This document shows positions 11,301 through 24,475 of a stretch of 64,000 bases of DNA, one piece after another (position 1 is the first letter of the stretch; every line of letters begins with the position of its first letter). This stretch comes from the human T2T-CHM13v2.0 reference genome, Homo sapiens. Both the position numbers and the translations under genes were made by a program. The stretch lies in NCBI RefSeq assembly GCF_009914755.1, contig NC_060928.1. One strand, 5' to 3'. Under the pieces are notes generated by a model. That model was not told the origin of the DNA, did no database searches, and saw only the letters and a program-made list of their open reading frames with translations.

Positions 11301-14300
11301 AATCTGCAGGTGGATATGTGGATAGCTCTGAAGATTTCGTTGGAAACGGGAATTTCTTCATATAAAATCAAACAGAAGCATTCTCAGAAACTTCTCAGTG
11401 ATGTTTGCATTCAGCTCATGGAGTTGAACACTTCCTTTCATAGAGCCGGTTTGAAACACTCTTTCTGCACTACCTGGAAGAGGACATTTCGAGCGCTTTG
11501 AGTCCTATGGTGAAAAAGGAAATATCTTCTCATAAAAACCAGAAAGAAGCATTCTCAGAAACTTCTTTGTGTTGTGTGTACTCATGTAACAGTGTTGAAC
11601 CATCCTTTTGACAGAGCAGTTTTGAAACACTCTTTTTGTAGAATCTGCAAGTGGATATTTGGATAGCTTTGAGGATTTCGTTGGAAATGGGATGACATAT
11701 AATATCTAGAGAGAAGCATACTCAGGAACTTCTTTGTGATGTTTGCATTCAAGTCACAGAATTGAACATTCCCTTTCATAGAGCAGGTTTGAAACACTGT
11801 TTCTCTAGTATCTGGAAGTGGGCATTTCAAGCGCTTTCAGGCCTATGGAGAGAAAGGAAATACCTTCAAATAAAAACTAGACAGAAGCATTCTCAGAAAC
11901 TTATTTGTGATGTGTGTCCTCAACTAACAGAGTTGAACCTTTGTTTTGATACAGCATTTTGGAAACACTCCTTTTGTAGAATCTGCAGGTGGATATTTGG
12001 ATAACTTTGAAGATTTCGTTGGAAACCGGAATATCTTCATATAAAATCAAGACAGAAGCATTCTCGGAAACATCTCTGTGATGTTTGCATTCAACTCAGT
12101 AGAGTTGAACACTTCCTTTCATAGAGCCGGTTTGAAACACTCTTTCTGCACTACCTGGAAGCGGACATTTCGAGCGCTTTGAGGCCTATGGTGAAAAAGG
12201 AAATATCTTCTCATAAAAACCAGAAAGAAGCATTCTCAGAAACTTCTTTGTGTTGTGTGTACTCAAGTAACAGTGTTGAACCTTCCTTTTGACACAGCAG
12301 TTTTGAAACACTCTTTTGGTAGAATCTGCAAGTGGATATTTGGATAGCTTTGAGGATTTCGTTGGAAACGGGTTATCTTCATATAAAATCCAGACAGGAG
12401 CATTCTCAGAAACTTCTTTGTGCTGCATGTCCTCAATTCACAGAGCTGAACCTTTGTTTGGATACAGCATTTTGGAAACATTCCTTTAGTAGAATCTGCA
12501 AGTTGATATTTAGATAGCTTTGAAGATTTCGTTGGAAACGGGAATATCTTCATAGAAAATCTAGACGGAAGCATTCTCAGAAACTGCTTTGTGATGTTTG
12601 CATTCAAGTCACAGAGTTGAATATTCCCTTTTATAGAGTAGGTTTGAAACACTCTTTTGGCACTACCTGGAAGTGGATATTTCGAGCTCTTTGAGGCCTA
12701 TGGTTAAAAGGAAATATCTTCCCATAAAAACTAGACAGAAGCCGTCTCAGAAACTTGTTTGTGATGTGTGTATTCAACTAACAGAGTTGAACATTTCTGT
12801 TACAGAGCAATTTTAAAACACTCTTTTTGTGGAATCTGAAAGTGGATAATTGGATAGCTTTGTGGATTTCGTTGGAAACGGGATGACGTATAAAATCTAG
12901 AGAGAAGCATTCTCAGGAACTTCTTTGTGATGTTTGCATTCAAGTCACAGAATTGAACATTCCCTTTCATAGAGCAGGTTTGAAACACTCTTTCTCTAGT
13001 ATCTGGAAGTGGGCATTTCAAGCGCTTTCAGGCCTATGGAGAGAAAGGAAATACCTTCAAATAAAAACTAGACAGAAGCATTCTCAGAAACTTATTTGTG
13101 ATGTGTGTCCTCAACTAACAGAGTTGAACCTTTGTTTTGATACAGCATTTTGGAAACACTCCTTTTGTAGGATCTGCAGGTGGATATTTGGATAGATTTT
13201 AAGATTTCGTTGGAAACGGGAGTTTCTTCATAGAAACTCAAGACAGATGCATTCTCAGAAACATCTCTGTGATGTTTGCATTCCACTCATAGATTTGAAA
13301 ACTTCCTTTCATAGAGCAGGTTTGAAACACTCTTTTTGTAATATTTGGAAGTGGACATTTGCAGCGCTTTGAGGCCTATGGTGAAAAAGGAAATATCTTC
13401 TCATAAAAACCAGAAACAAGCATTCTCAGAAACTTCTTTTTGATGTGTGTACTCAAGTAACAGAGTTGAACCTTCCTTTTGACACAGCAGTTTTGAAACA
13501 ATCTTTTTGTAGAATCTGCAAGTGGATATTTGGATAGCTTTGAGGATTTCGTTGGAAACGGGATATCTTCATATAAAATCTAGACAGAAGCATTCTCAGA
13601 AACTTCTTTGTGCTGTATGCCCTCAATTAACAGAGTTGAACCATTGCTTGGATACAGCATTTTGGAAACATTCCTTGAGTAGAATCTGCAAGTTGATATT
13701 TAGATAGATTTGAAGATTTCGTTGGAAAAGGGAATATCTCCATATAAAATCTAGAGGGAAGCATTCACAGAAACTGCTCTGTGATGTTTCCATTCAAGTC
13801 ACAGAGTTGAATATTCCCTTTTATAGAGCACGTTTGAAACACTCTTTCTGCACTATCTGGAAGTGGACATTTCGAGCGCTTTGAGGCCTATGGTGAAAAA
13901 GGAAATATCTTCCCATAAAAACCAGACAGAAGCATTCTCAGAAACTTGTTTGTGATGTGTGTATTCAACTAACAGAGTTGAACTTTTGTTTTTACAGAGC
14001 CGTTTTAAAACACTCTTTTTGTGGAATCAGAAAGTGGATATTCGGATGGCTCTGAGGATTTCGTTGGAAGCGGGATTACATATAAAATCTAGAGAGAAGC
14101 ATTCTCAGGAACTTCTTTGTGATGTTTGCATTGAAGTCACAGAATTGAACATTCACTTTGATAGAGCAGGTTTGAAACACTCATTCTGTAGTATCTGGAA
14201 GTGGACATTTCAAGCGCTTTCAGGCCTATGGTGAGAAAGGAAATATCTTCGAATAAAAACTAGACAGAAGCATCCTCAGAAACTTATTTGTGATGTGTGT

Positions 14301-17164
14301 CCTCAACTAACAGAGTTGAAACTTTGTTTTGATACAGCATTTTGGAAACACTCTTTTTGTAGAATCTGCAGGTGGATATTTGGATAGCTTAGAGGGATTC
14401 GTTGGAAAGGGGATATCTTCATATAAAATCTAGACAGAAGCATTCTCAGAAACTTATTTGTGATGTGTGTCCTCAACTAACAGAGTTGAACCTTGGTTTT
14501 GATACAGCATTTTGGAAACACTCCTTTTGTAGAATCTGCAGGTGGATATGTGGATAGCTCTGAAGATTTCGTTGGAAACGGGAATTTCTTCATATAAAAT
14601 CAAACAGAAGCATTCTCAGAAACTTCTCAGTGATGTTTGCATTCAGCTCATGGAGTTGAACACTTCCTTTCATAGAGCCGGTTTGAAACACTCTTTCTGC
14701 ACTACCTGGAAGAGGACATTTCGAGCGCTTTGAGTCCTATGGTGAAAAAGGAAATATCTTCTCATAAAAACCAGAAAGAAGCATTCTCAGAAACTTCTTT
14801 GTGTTGTGTGTACTCATGTAACAGTGTTGAACCATCCTTTTGACAGAGCAGTTTTGAAACACTCTTTTTGTAGAATCTGCAAGTGGATATTTGGATAGCT
14901 TTGAGGATTTCGTTGGAAACGGGATGACATATAATATCTAGAGAGAAGCATACTCAGGAACTTCTTTGTGATGTTTGCATTCAAGTCACAGAATTGAACA
15001 TTCCCTTTCATAGAGCAGGTTTGAAACACTCTTTCTCTAGTATCTGGAAGTGGGCATTTCAAGCGCTTTCAGGCCTATGGAGAGAAAGGAAATACCTTCA
15101 AATAAAAACTAGACAGAAGCATTCTCAGAAACTTATTTGTGATGTGTGTCCTCAACTAACAGAGTTGAACCTTTGTTTTGATACAGCATTTTGGAAACAC
15201 TCCTTTTGTAGAATCTGCAGGTGGATATTTGGATAACTTTGAAGATTTCGTTGGAAACCGGAATATCTTCATATAAAATCAAGACAGAAGCATTCTCGGA
15301 AACATCTCTGTGATGTTTGCATTCAACTCAGTAGAGTTGAACACTTCCTTTCATAGAGCAGGTTTGAAACACTCTTTCTGCACTACCTGGAAGCGGACAT
15401 TTCGAGCGCTTTGAGGCCTATGGTGAAAAAGGAAATATCTTCTCATAAAAACCAGAAAGAAGCATTCTCAGAAACTTCTTTGTGTTGTGTGTACTCAAGT
15501 AACAGTGTTGAACCTTCCTTTTGACACAGCAGTTTTGAAACACTCTTTTGGTAGAATCTGCAAGTGGATATTTGGATAGCTTTGAGGATTTCGTTGGAAA
15601 CGGGTTATCTTCATATAAAATCCAGACAGGAGCATTCTCAGAAACTTCTTTGTGCTGCATGTCCTCAATTCACAGAGCTGAACCTTTGTTTGGATACAGC
15701 ATTTTGGAAACATTCCTTTAGTAGAATCTGCAAGTTGATATTTAGATAGCTTTGAAGATTTCGTTGGAAACGGGAATATCTTCATAGAAAATCTAGACGG
15801 AAGCATTCTCAGAAACTGCTTTGTGATGTTTGCATTCAAGTCACAGAGTTGAATATTCCCTTTTATAGAGTAGGTTTGAAACACTCTTTTGGCACTACCT
15901 GGAAGTGGATATTTCGAGCTCTTTGAGGCCTATGGTTAAAAGGAAATATCTTCCCATAAAAACTAGACAGAAGCCGTCTCAGAAACTTGTTTGTGATGTG
16001 TGTATTCAACTAACAGAGTTGAACATTTCTGTTACAGAGCAATTTTAAAACACTCTTTTTGTGGAATCTGAAAGTGGATAATTGGATAGCTTTGTGGATT
16101 TCGTTGGAAACGGGATGACGTATAAAATCTAGAGAGAAGCATTCTCAGGAACTTCATTGTGATGTTTGCATTCAAGTCACAGAATTGAACATTCCCTTTC
16201 ATAGAGCAGGTTTGAAACACTCTTTCTCTAGTATCTGGAAGTGGGCATTTCAAGCGCTTTCAGGCCTATGGAGAGAAAGGAAATACCTTCAAATAAAAAC
16301 TAGACAGAAGCATTCTCAGAAACTTATTTGTGATGTGTGTCCTCAACTAACAGAGTTGAACCTTTGTTTTGATACAGCATTTTGGAAACACTCCTTTTGT
16401 AGGATCTGCAGGTGGATATTTGGATAGATTTTAAGATTTCGTTGGAAACGGGAGTTTCTTCATAGAAACTCAAGACAGATGCATTCTCAGAAACATCTCT
16501 GTGATGTTTGCATTCCACTCATAGATTTGAAAACTTCCTTTCATAGAGCAGGTTTGAAACACTCTTTTTGTAATATTTGGAAGTGGACATTTGCAGCGCT
16601 TTGAGGCCTATGGTGAAAAAGGAAATATCTTCTCATAAAAACCAGAAACAAGCATTCTCAGAAACTTCTTTTTGATGTGTGTACTCAAGTAACAGAGTTG
16701 AACCTTCCTTTTGACACAGCAGTTTTGAAACAATCTTTTTGTAGAATCTGCAAGTGGATATTTGGATAGCTTTGAGGATTTCGTTGGAAACGGGATATCT
16801 TCATATAAAATCTAGACAGAAGCATTCTCAGAAACTTCTTTGTGCTGTATGCCCTCAATTAACAGAGTTGAACCATTGCTTGGATACAGCATTTTGGAAA
16901 CATTCCTTGAGTAGAATCTGCAAGTTGATATTTAGATAGATTTGAAGATTTCGTTGGAAAAGGGAATATCTCCATATAAAATCTAGACGGAAGCATTCTC
17001 AGAAACTGCTTTGTGATGTTTCCATTCAAGTCACAGAGTTGAATATTCCCTTTTATAGAGCACGTTTGAAACACTCTTTCTACACTATCTGGAAGTGGAC
17101 ATTTCGAGCGCTTTGAGGCCTATGGTGAAAAAGGAAATATCTTCCCATAAAAATTAGACAGAAG

Positions 17165-20100
17165 CATTCTCAGAAACTTGTTTGTGATGTGTGTATTCAA
17201 CTAACAGAGTTGAACTTTTGTTTTTACAGAGCCGTTTTAAAACACTCTTTTTGTGGAATCAGAAAGTGGATATTCGGATGGCTCTGAGGATTTCGTTGGA
17301 AGCGGGATTACATATAAAATCTAGAGAGAAGCATTCTCAGGAACTTCTTTGTGATGTTTGCATTGAAGTCACAGAATTGAACATTCACTTTGATAGAGCA
17401 GGTTTGAAACACTCATTCTGTAGTATCTGGAAGTGGACATTTCAAGCGCTTTCAGGCCTATGGTGAAAAAGGAAATATCTTCGAATAAAAACTAGACAGA
17501 AGCATCCTCAGAAACTTATTTGTGATGTGTGTCCTCAACTAACAGAGTTGAAACTTTGTTTTGATACAGCATTTTGGAAACACTCCTTTTGTAGAATCTG
17601 CAGGTGGATATGTGGATAGCTCTGAAGATTTCGTTGGAAACGGGAATTTCTTCATATAAAATCAAACAGAAGCATTCTCAGAAACTTCTCAGTGATGTTT
17701 GCATTCAGCTCATTGAGTTGAACACTTCCTTTCATAGAGCCGGTTTGAAACACTCTTTCTGCACTACCTGGAAGAGGCCATTTCGAGCGCTTTGAGTCCT
17801 ATGGTGAAAAAGGAAATATCTTCTCATAAAAACCAGAAAGAAGCATTCTCAGAAACTTCTTTGTGTTGTGTGTACTCATGTAACAGTGTTGAACCATCCT
17901 TTTGACAGAGCAGTTTTGAAACACTCTTTTTGTAGAATCTGCAAGTGGATATTTGGATAGCTTTGAGGATTTCGTTGGAAACGGGATGACATATAATATC
18001 TAGAGAGAAGCATTCTCAGGAACTTCTTTGTGCTGTTTGCATTCAAGTCACAGAATTGAACATTCCCTTTCATAGAGCAGATTTGAAACACTCTTTCTCT
18101 AGTATCTGGAAGTGGGCATTTCAAGCGCTTTCAGGCCTATTGAGAGAAAGGAAATACCTTCAAATAAAAACTAGACAGAAGCATTCTCAGAAACTTATTT
18201 GTGATGTGTGTCCTCAACTAACAGAGTTGAACCTTTGCTTTGATACAGCATTTTGGAAACACTCCTTTTGTAGAATCTGCAGGTGGATATTTGGATAGCT
18301 TTGAAGATTTCGTTGGAAACCGGAATATCTTCATATAAAATCAAGACAGAAGCATTCTCGGAAACATCTCTGTGATGTTTGCATTCAACTCAGTAGAGTT
18401 GAACACTTCCTTTCATAGAGCCGGTTTGAAACACTCTTTCTGCACTACCTGGAAGCGGACATTTCGAGCGCTTTGAGGCCTATGGTGAAAAAGGAAATAT
18501 CTTCTCATAAAAACCAGAAAGAAGCATTCTCAGAAACTTCTTTGTGTTGTGTGTACTCAAGTAACAGTGTTGAACCTTCCTTTTGACACAGCAGTTTTGA
18601 AACACTCTTTTGGTAGAATCTGCAAGTGGATATTTGGATAGCTTTGAGGATTTCGTTGGAAACGGGTTATCTTCATATAAAATCCAGACAGGAGCATTCT
18701 CAGAAACTTCTTTGTGCTGCATGTCCTCAATTCACAGAGCTGAACCTTTGTTTGGATACAGCATTTTGGAAACATTCCTTTAGTAGAATCTGCAAGTTGA
18801 TATTTAGATAGCTTTGAAGATTTCGTTGGAAACGGGAATATCTTCATAGAAAATCTAGACGGAAGCATTCTCAGAAACTGCTTTGTGATGTTTGCATTCA
18901 AGTCACAGAGTTGAATATTCCCTTTTATAGAGTAGGTTTGAAACACTCTTTCGGCACTACCTGGAAGTGGATATTTCGAGCTCTTTGAGGCCTATGGTTA
19001 AAAGGAAATATCTTCCCATAAAAACTAGACAGAAGCCGTCTCAGAAACTTGTTTGTGATGTGTGTATTCAACTAACAGAGTTGAACATTTCTGTTACAGA
19101 GCAATTTTAAAACACTCTTTTTGTGGAATCTGAAAGTGGATAATTGGATAGCTTTGTGGATTTCGTTGGAAACGGGATGACGTATAAAATCTAGATTGAA
19201 GCATTCTCAGGAACTTCTTTCTGATGTTTGCATTCAAGTCACAGAATTGAACATTCCTTTTCATAGTGCAGGTTTGAAACACTCTTTCTGTAGTATCTGG
19301 AAGTGGACATTTCAAGCGCTTTCAGGCCTACGGGGAGAAAGGAAATATCTTCAAATAAAAACTAGATAGAAGGATTCTCAGAAACTTATTTGTGATGTGT
19401 GTCCTAAACGAACACAGTTGAACCTTTGTTTTGATACAGCATTTTGGAAACACTCCTTTTGTAGGATCTGCAGGTTGATATTTGGATAGATTTTAAGATT
19501 TCGTTGGAAACGGGAGTTTCTTCATAGAAACTCAAGACAGATGCATTCTCAGAAACATCTCTGTGATGTTTGCATTCCACTCATAGATTTGAAAACTTCC
19601 TTTCATAGAGCAGGTTTGAAACACTCTTTTTGTAATATTTGGAAGTGGACATTTGCAGCGCTTTGAGGCCTATGGTGAAAAAGGAAATATCTTCTCATAA
19701 AAACCAGAAACAAGCATTCTCAGAAACTTCTTTTTGATGTGTTTACTCAAGTAACAGAGTTGAACCTTCCTTTTGACACAGCAGTTTTGAAACAATCTTT
19801 TTGTAGAATCTGCAAGTGGATATTTGGATAGCTTTGAGGATTTCGTTGGAAACGGGATATCTTCATATAAAATCTAGACAGAAGCATTCTCAGAAACTTC
19901 TTTGTGCTGTATGTCCTCAATTAACAGAGTTGAACCATTGCTTGGATACAGCATTTTGGAAACATTCCTTGAGTAGAATCTGCAAGTTGATATTTAGATA
20001 GATTTGAAGATTTCGTTGGAAAAGGGAATATCTCCATATAAAATCTAGACGGAAGCATTCTCAGAAACTGCTTTGTGATGTTTCCATTCAAGTCACAGAG

Positions 20101-20226
20101 TTGAATATTCCCTTTTATAGAGCACGTTTGAAACACTCTTTCTGCACTATCTGGAAGTGGACATTTCGAGCGCTTTGAGGCCTATGGTGAAAAAGGAAAT
20201 ATCTTCCCATAAAAACTAGACAGAAG
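17165..20226 (+). repeat. 18-mer HOR variant (3062 bp) with fused m9/m10 hybrid monomer
   Basis: Spacing is 3062. The monomer at 17503 starts as m9 (CATCCTCAG, AAACTTTG) and ends as m10 (CACTCC, GATATGTGG). Confidence 0.92.
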
Positions 20227-23200
20227 CATTCTCAGAAACTTGTTTGTGATGTGTGTATTCAACTAACAGAGTTGAACTTTTGTTTTTACAGAGCCGTTTT
20301 AAAACACTCTTTTTGTGGAATCAGAAAGTGGATATTCGGATGGCTCTGAGGATTTCGTTGGAAGCGGGATTACATATAAAATCTAGAGAGAAGCATTCTC
20401 AGGAACTTCTTTGTGATGTTTGCATTGAAGTCACAGAATTGAACATTCACTTTGATAGAGCAGGTTTGAAACACTCATTCTGTAGTATCTGGAAGTGGAC
20501 ATTTCAAGCGCTTTCAGGCCTATGGTGAGAAAGGAAATATCTTCGAATAAAAACTAGACAGAAGCATCCTCAGAAACTTATTTGTGATGTGTGTCCTCAA
20601 CTAACAGAGTTGAAACTTTGTTTTGATACAGCATTTTGGAAACACTCTTTTTGTAGAATCTGCAGGTGGATATTTGGATAGCTTAGAGGGATTCGTTGGA
20701 AAGGGGATATCTTCATATAAAATCTAGACAGAAGCATTCTCAGAAACTTATTTGTGATGTGTGTCCTCAACTAACAGAGTTGAACCTTGGTTTTGATACA
20801 GCATTTTGGAAACGCTCCTTTTGTAGAATCTGCAGGTGGATATGTGGATAGCTCTGAAGATTTCGTTGGAAACGGGAATTTCTTCATATAAAATCAAACA
20901 GAAGCATTCTCAGAAACTTCTCAGTGATGTTTGCATTCAGCTCATGGAGTTGAACACTTCCTTTCATAGAGCCGGTTTGAAACACTCTTTCTGCACTACC
21001 TGGAAGAGGACATTTCGAGCGCTTTGAGTCCTATGGTGAAAAAGGAAATATCTTCTCATAAAAACCAGAAAGAAGCATTCTCAGAAACTTCTTTGTGTTG
21101 TGTGTACTCATGTAACAGTGTTGAACCATCCTTTTGACAGAGCAGTTTTGAAACACTCTTTTTGTAGAATCTGCAAGTGGATATTTGGATAGCTTTGAGG
21201 ATTTCGTTGGAAACGGGATGACATATAATATCTAGAGAGAAGCATTCTCAGGAACTTCTTTGTGATGTTTGCATTCAAGTCACAGAATTGAACATTCCCT
21301 TTCATAGAGCAGGTTTGAAACACTCTTTCTCTAGTATCTGGAAGTGGGCATTTCAAGCGCTTTCAGGCCTATGGAGAGAAAGGAAATACCTTCAAATAAA
21401 AACTAGACAGAAGCATTCTCAGAAACTTATTTGTGATGTGTGTCCTCAACTAACAGAGTTGAACCTTTGTTTTGATACAGCATTTTGGAAACACTCCTTT
21501 TGTAGAATCTGCAGGTGGATATTTGGATAACTTTGAAGATTTCGTTGGAAACCGGAATATCTTCATATAAAATCAAGACAGAAGCATTCTCGGAAACATC
21601 TCTGTGATGTTTGCATTCAACTCAGTAGAGTTGAACACTTCCTTTCATAGAGCCGGTTTGAAACACTCTTTCTGCACTACCTGGAAGCGGACATTTCGAG
21701 CGCTTTGAGGCCTATGGTGAAAAAGGAAATATCTTCTCATAAAAACCAGAAAGAAGCATTCTCAGAAACTTCTTTGTGTTGTGTGTACTCAAGTAACAGT
21801 GTTGAACCTTCCTGTTGACACAGCAGTTTTGAAACACTCTTTTGGTAGAATCTGCAAGTGGATATTTGGATAGCTTTGAGGATTTCGTTGGAAACGGGTT
21901 ATCTTCATATAAAATCCAGACAGGAGCATTCTCAGAAACTTCTTTGTGCTGCATGTCCTCAATTCACAGAGCTGAACCTTTGTTTGGATACAGCATTTTG
22001 GAAACATTCCTTTAGTAGAATCTGCAAGTTGATATTTAGATAGCTTTGAAGATTTCGTTGGAAACGGGAATATCTTCATAGAAAATCTAGACGGAAGCAT
22101 TCTCAGAAACTGCTTTGTGATGTTTGCATTCAAGTCACAGAGTTGAATATTCCCTTTTATAGAGTAGGTTTGAAACACTCTTTCGGCACTACCTGGAAGT
22201 GGATATTTCGAGCTCTTTGAGGCCTATGGTTAAAAGGAAATATCTTCCCATAAAAACTAGACAGAAGCCGTCTCAGAAACTTGTTTGTGATGTGTGTATT
22301 CAACTAACAGAGTTGAACATTTCTGTTACAGAGCAATTTTAAAACACTCTTTTTGTGGCATCTGAAAGTGGATAATTGGATAGCTTTGTGGATTTCGTTG
22401 GAAACGGGATGACGTATAAAATCTAGAGAGAAGCATTCTCAGGAACTTCTTTGTGATGTTTGCATTCAAGTCACAGAATTGAACATTCCTTTTCATAGTG
22501 CAGGTTTGAAACACTCTTTCTGTAGTATCTGGAAGTGGACATTTCAAGCGCTTTCAGGCCTACGGGGAGAAAGGAAATATCTTCAAATAAAAACTAGACA
22601 GAAGGATTCTCAGAAACTTATTTGTGATGTGTGTCCTAAACGAACACAGTTGAACCTTTGTTTAGATACAGCATTTTGGAAACACTCCTTTTGTAGGATC
22701 TGCAGGTGGATATTTGGATAGATTTTAAGATTTCGTTGGAAACGGGAGTTTCTTCATAGAAACTCAAGACAGATGCATTCTCAGAAACATCTCTGTGATG
22801 TTTGCATTCCACTCATAGAGTTGAAAACTTCCTTTCATAGAGCAGGTTTGAAACACTCTTTTTGTAATATTTGGAAGTGGACATTTGCAGCGCTTTGAGG
22901 CCTATGGTGAAAAAGGAAATATCTTCTCATAAAAACCAGAAACAAGCATTCTCAGAAACTTCTTTTTGATGTGTGTACTCAAGTAACAGAGTTGAACCTT
23001 CCTTTTGACACAGCAGTTTTGAAACAATCTTTTTGTAGAATCTGCAAGTGGATATTTGGATAGCTTTGAGGATTTCGTTGGAAACGGGATATCTTCATAT
23101 AAAATCTAGACAGAAGCATTCTCAGAAACTTCTTTGTGCTGTATGTCCTCAATTAACAGAGTTGAACCATTGCTTGGATACAGCATTTTGGAAACATTCC

Positions 23201-23458
23201 TTGAGTAGAATCTGCAAGTTGATATTGAGATAGATTTGAAGATTTCGTTGGAAAAGGGAATATCTCCATATAAAATCTAGACGGAAGCATTCTCAGAAAC
23301 TGCTTTGTGATGTTTCCATTCAAGTCACAGAGTTGAATATTCCCTTTTATAGAGCACGTTTGAAACACTCTTTCTGCACTATCTGGAAGTGGAAATTTCG
23401 AGCGCTTTGAGGCCTATGGTGAAAAAGGAAATATCTTCCCATAAAAATTAGACAGAAG
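20227..23458 (+). repeat. Canonical 19-mer HOR
   Basis: m7-to-m7 spacing is 3232. Confidence 0.92.
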
Positions 23459-24475
23459 CATTCTCAGAAACTTGTTTGTGATGTGTGTATTCAACTAACA
23501 GAGTTGAACTTTTGTTTTTACAGAGCCGTTTTAAAACACTCTTTTTGTGGAATCAGAAAGTGGATATTCGGATGGCTCTGAGGATTTCGTTGGAAGCGGG
23601 ATTACATATAAAATCTAGAGAGAAGCATTCTCAGGAACTTCTTTGTGATGTTTGCATTGAAGTCACAGAATTGAACATTCACTTTGATAGAGCAGGTTTG
23701 AAACACTCATTCTGTAGTATCTGGAAGTGGACATTTCAAGCGCTTTCAGGCCTATGGTGAAAAAGGAAATATCTTCAAATAAAAACTAGACAGAAGCATC
23801 CTCAGAAACTTATTTGTGATGTGTGTCCTCAACTAACAGAGTTGAAACTTTGTTTTGATACAGCATTTTGGAAACACTCCTTTTGTAGAATCTGCAGGTG
23901 GATATGTGGATAGCTCTGAAGATTTCGTTGGAAACGGGAATTTCTTCATATAAAATCAAACAGAAGCATTCTCAGAAACTTCTCAGTGATGTTTGCATTC
24001 AGCTCATGGAGTTGAACACTTCCTTTCATAGAGTCGGTTTGAAACACTCTTTCTGCACTACCTGGAAGAGGCCATTTCGAGCGCTTTGAGTCCTATGGTG
24101 AAAAAGGAAATATCTTCTCATAAAAACCAGAAAGAAGCATTCTCAGAAACTTCTTTGTGTTGTGTGTACTCATGTAACAGTGTTGAACCATCCTTTTGAC
24201 AGAGCAGTTTTGAAACACTCTTTTTGTAGAATCTGCAAGTGGATATTTGGATAGCTTTGAGGATTTCGTTGGAAACGGGATGACATATAATATCTAGAGA
24301 GAAGCATTCTCAGGAACTTCTTTGTGCTGTTTGCATTCAAGTCACAGAATTGAACATTCCCTTTCATAGAGCAGATTTGAAACACTCTTTCTCTAGTATC
24401 TGGAAGTGGGCATTTCAAGCGCTTTCAGGCCTATTGAGAGAAAGGAAATACCTTCAAATAAAAACTAGACAGAAG
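23459..24475 (+). repeat. 6-mer HOR variant (1017 bp): m7-m8-m9/10-m11-m12-m13
   Basis: The m13 end (AAATACCTTCAAATAAAAACTAGACAGAAG) joins directly to m7 (CATTCTCAGAAACTTGTTTG) at 24476. Confidence 0.92.

Larger units (their letters stand above)
1..17164 (+). repeat. D4Z1: Canonical 19-mer HOR block (3232 bp, ~5.3 copies); probably human chr4 D4Z1 / S2C4H1L
   Basis: m7 starts at 1005, 4237, 7469, 10701, 13933 and 17165, an exact 3232-bp spacing, and I counted 19 monomers by hand. A 3.2-kb 19-mer SF2-type HOR is the known organisation of D4Z1. The chromosome call rests on unit size and family, not on an alignment. Confidence 0.82.
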
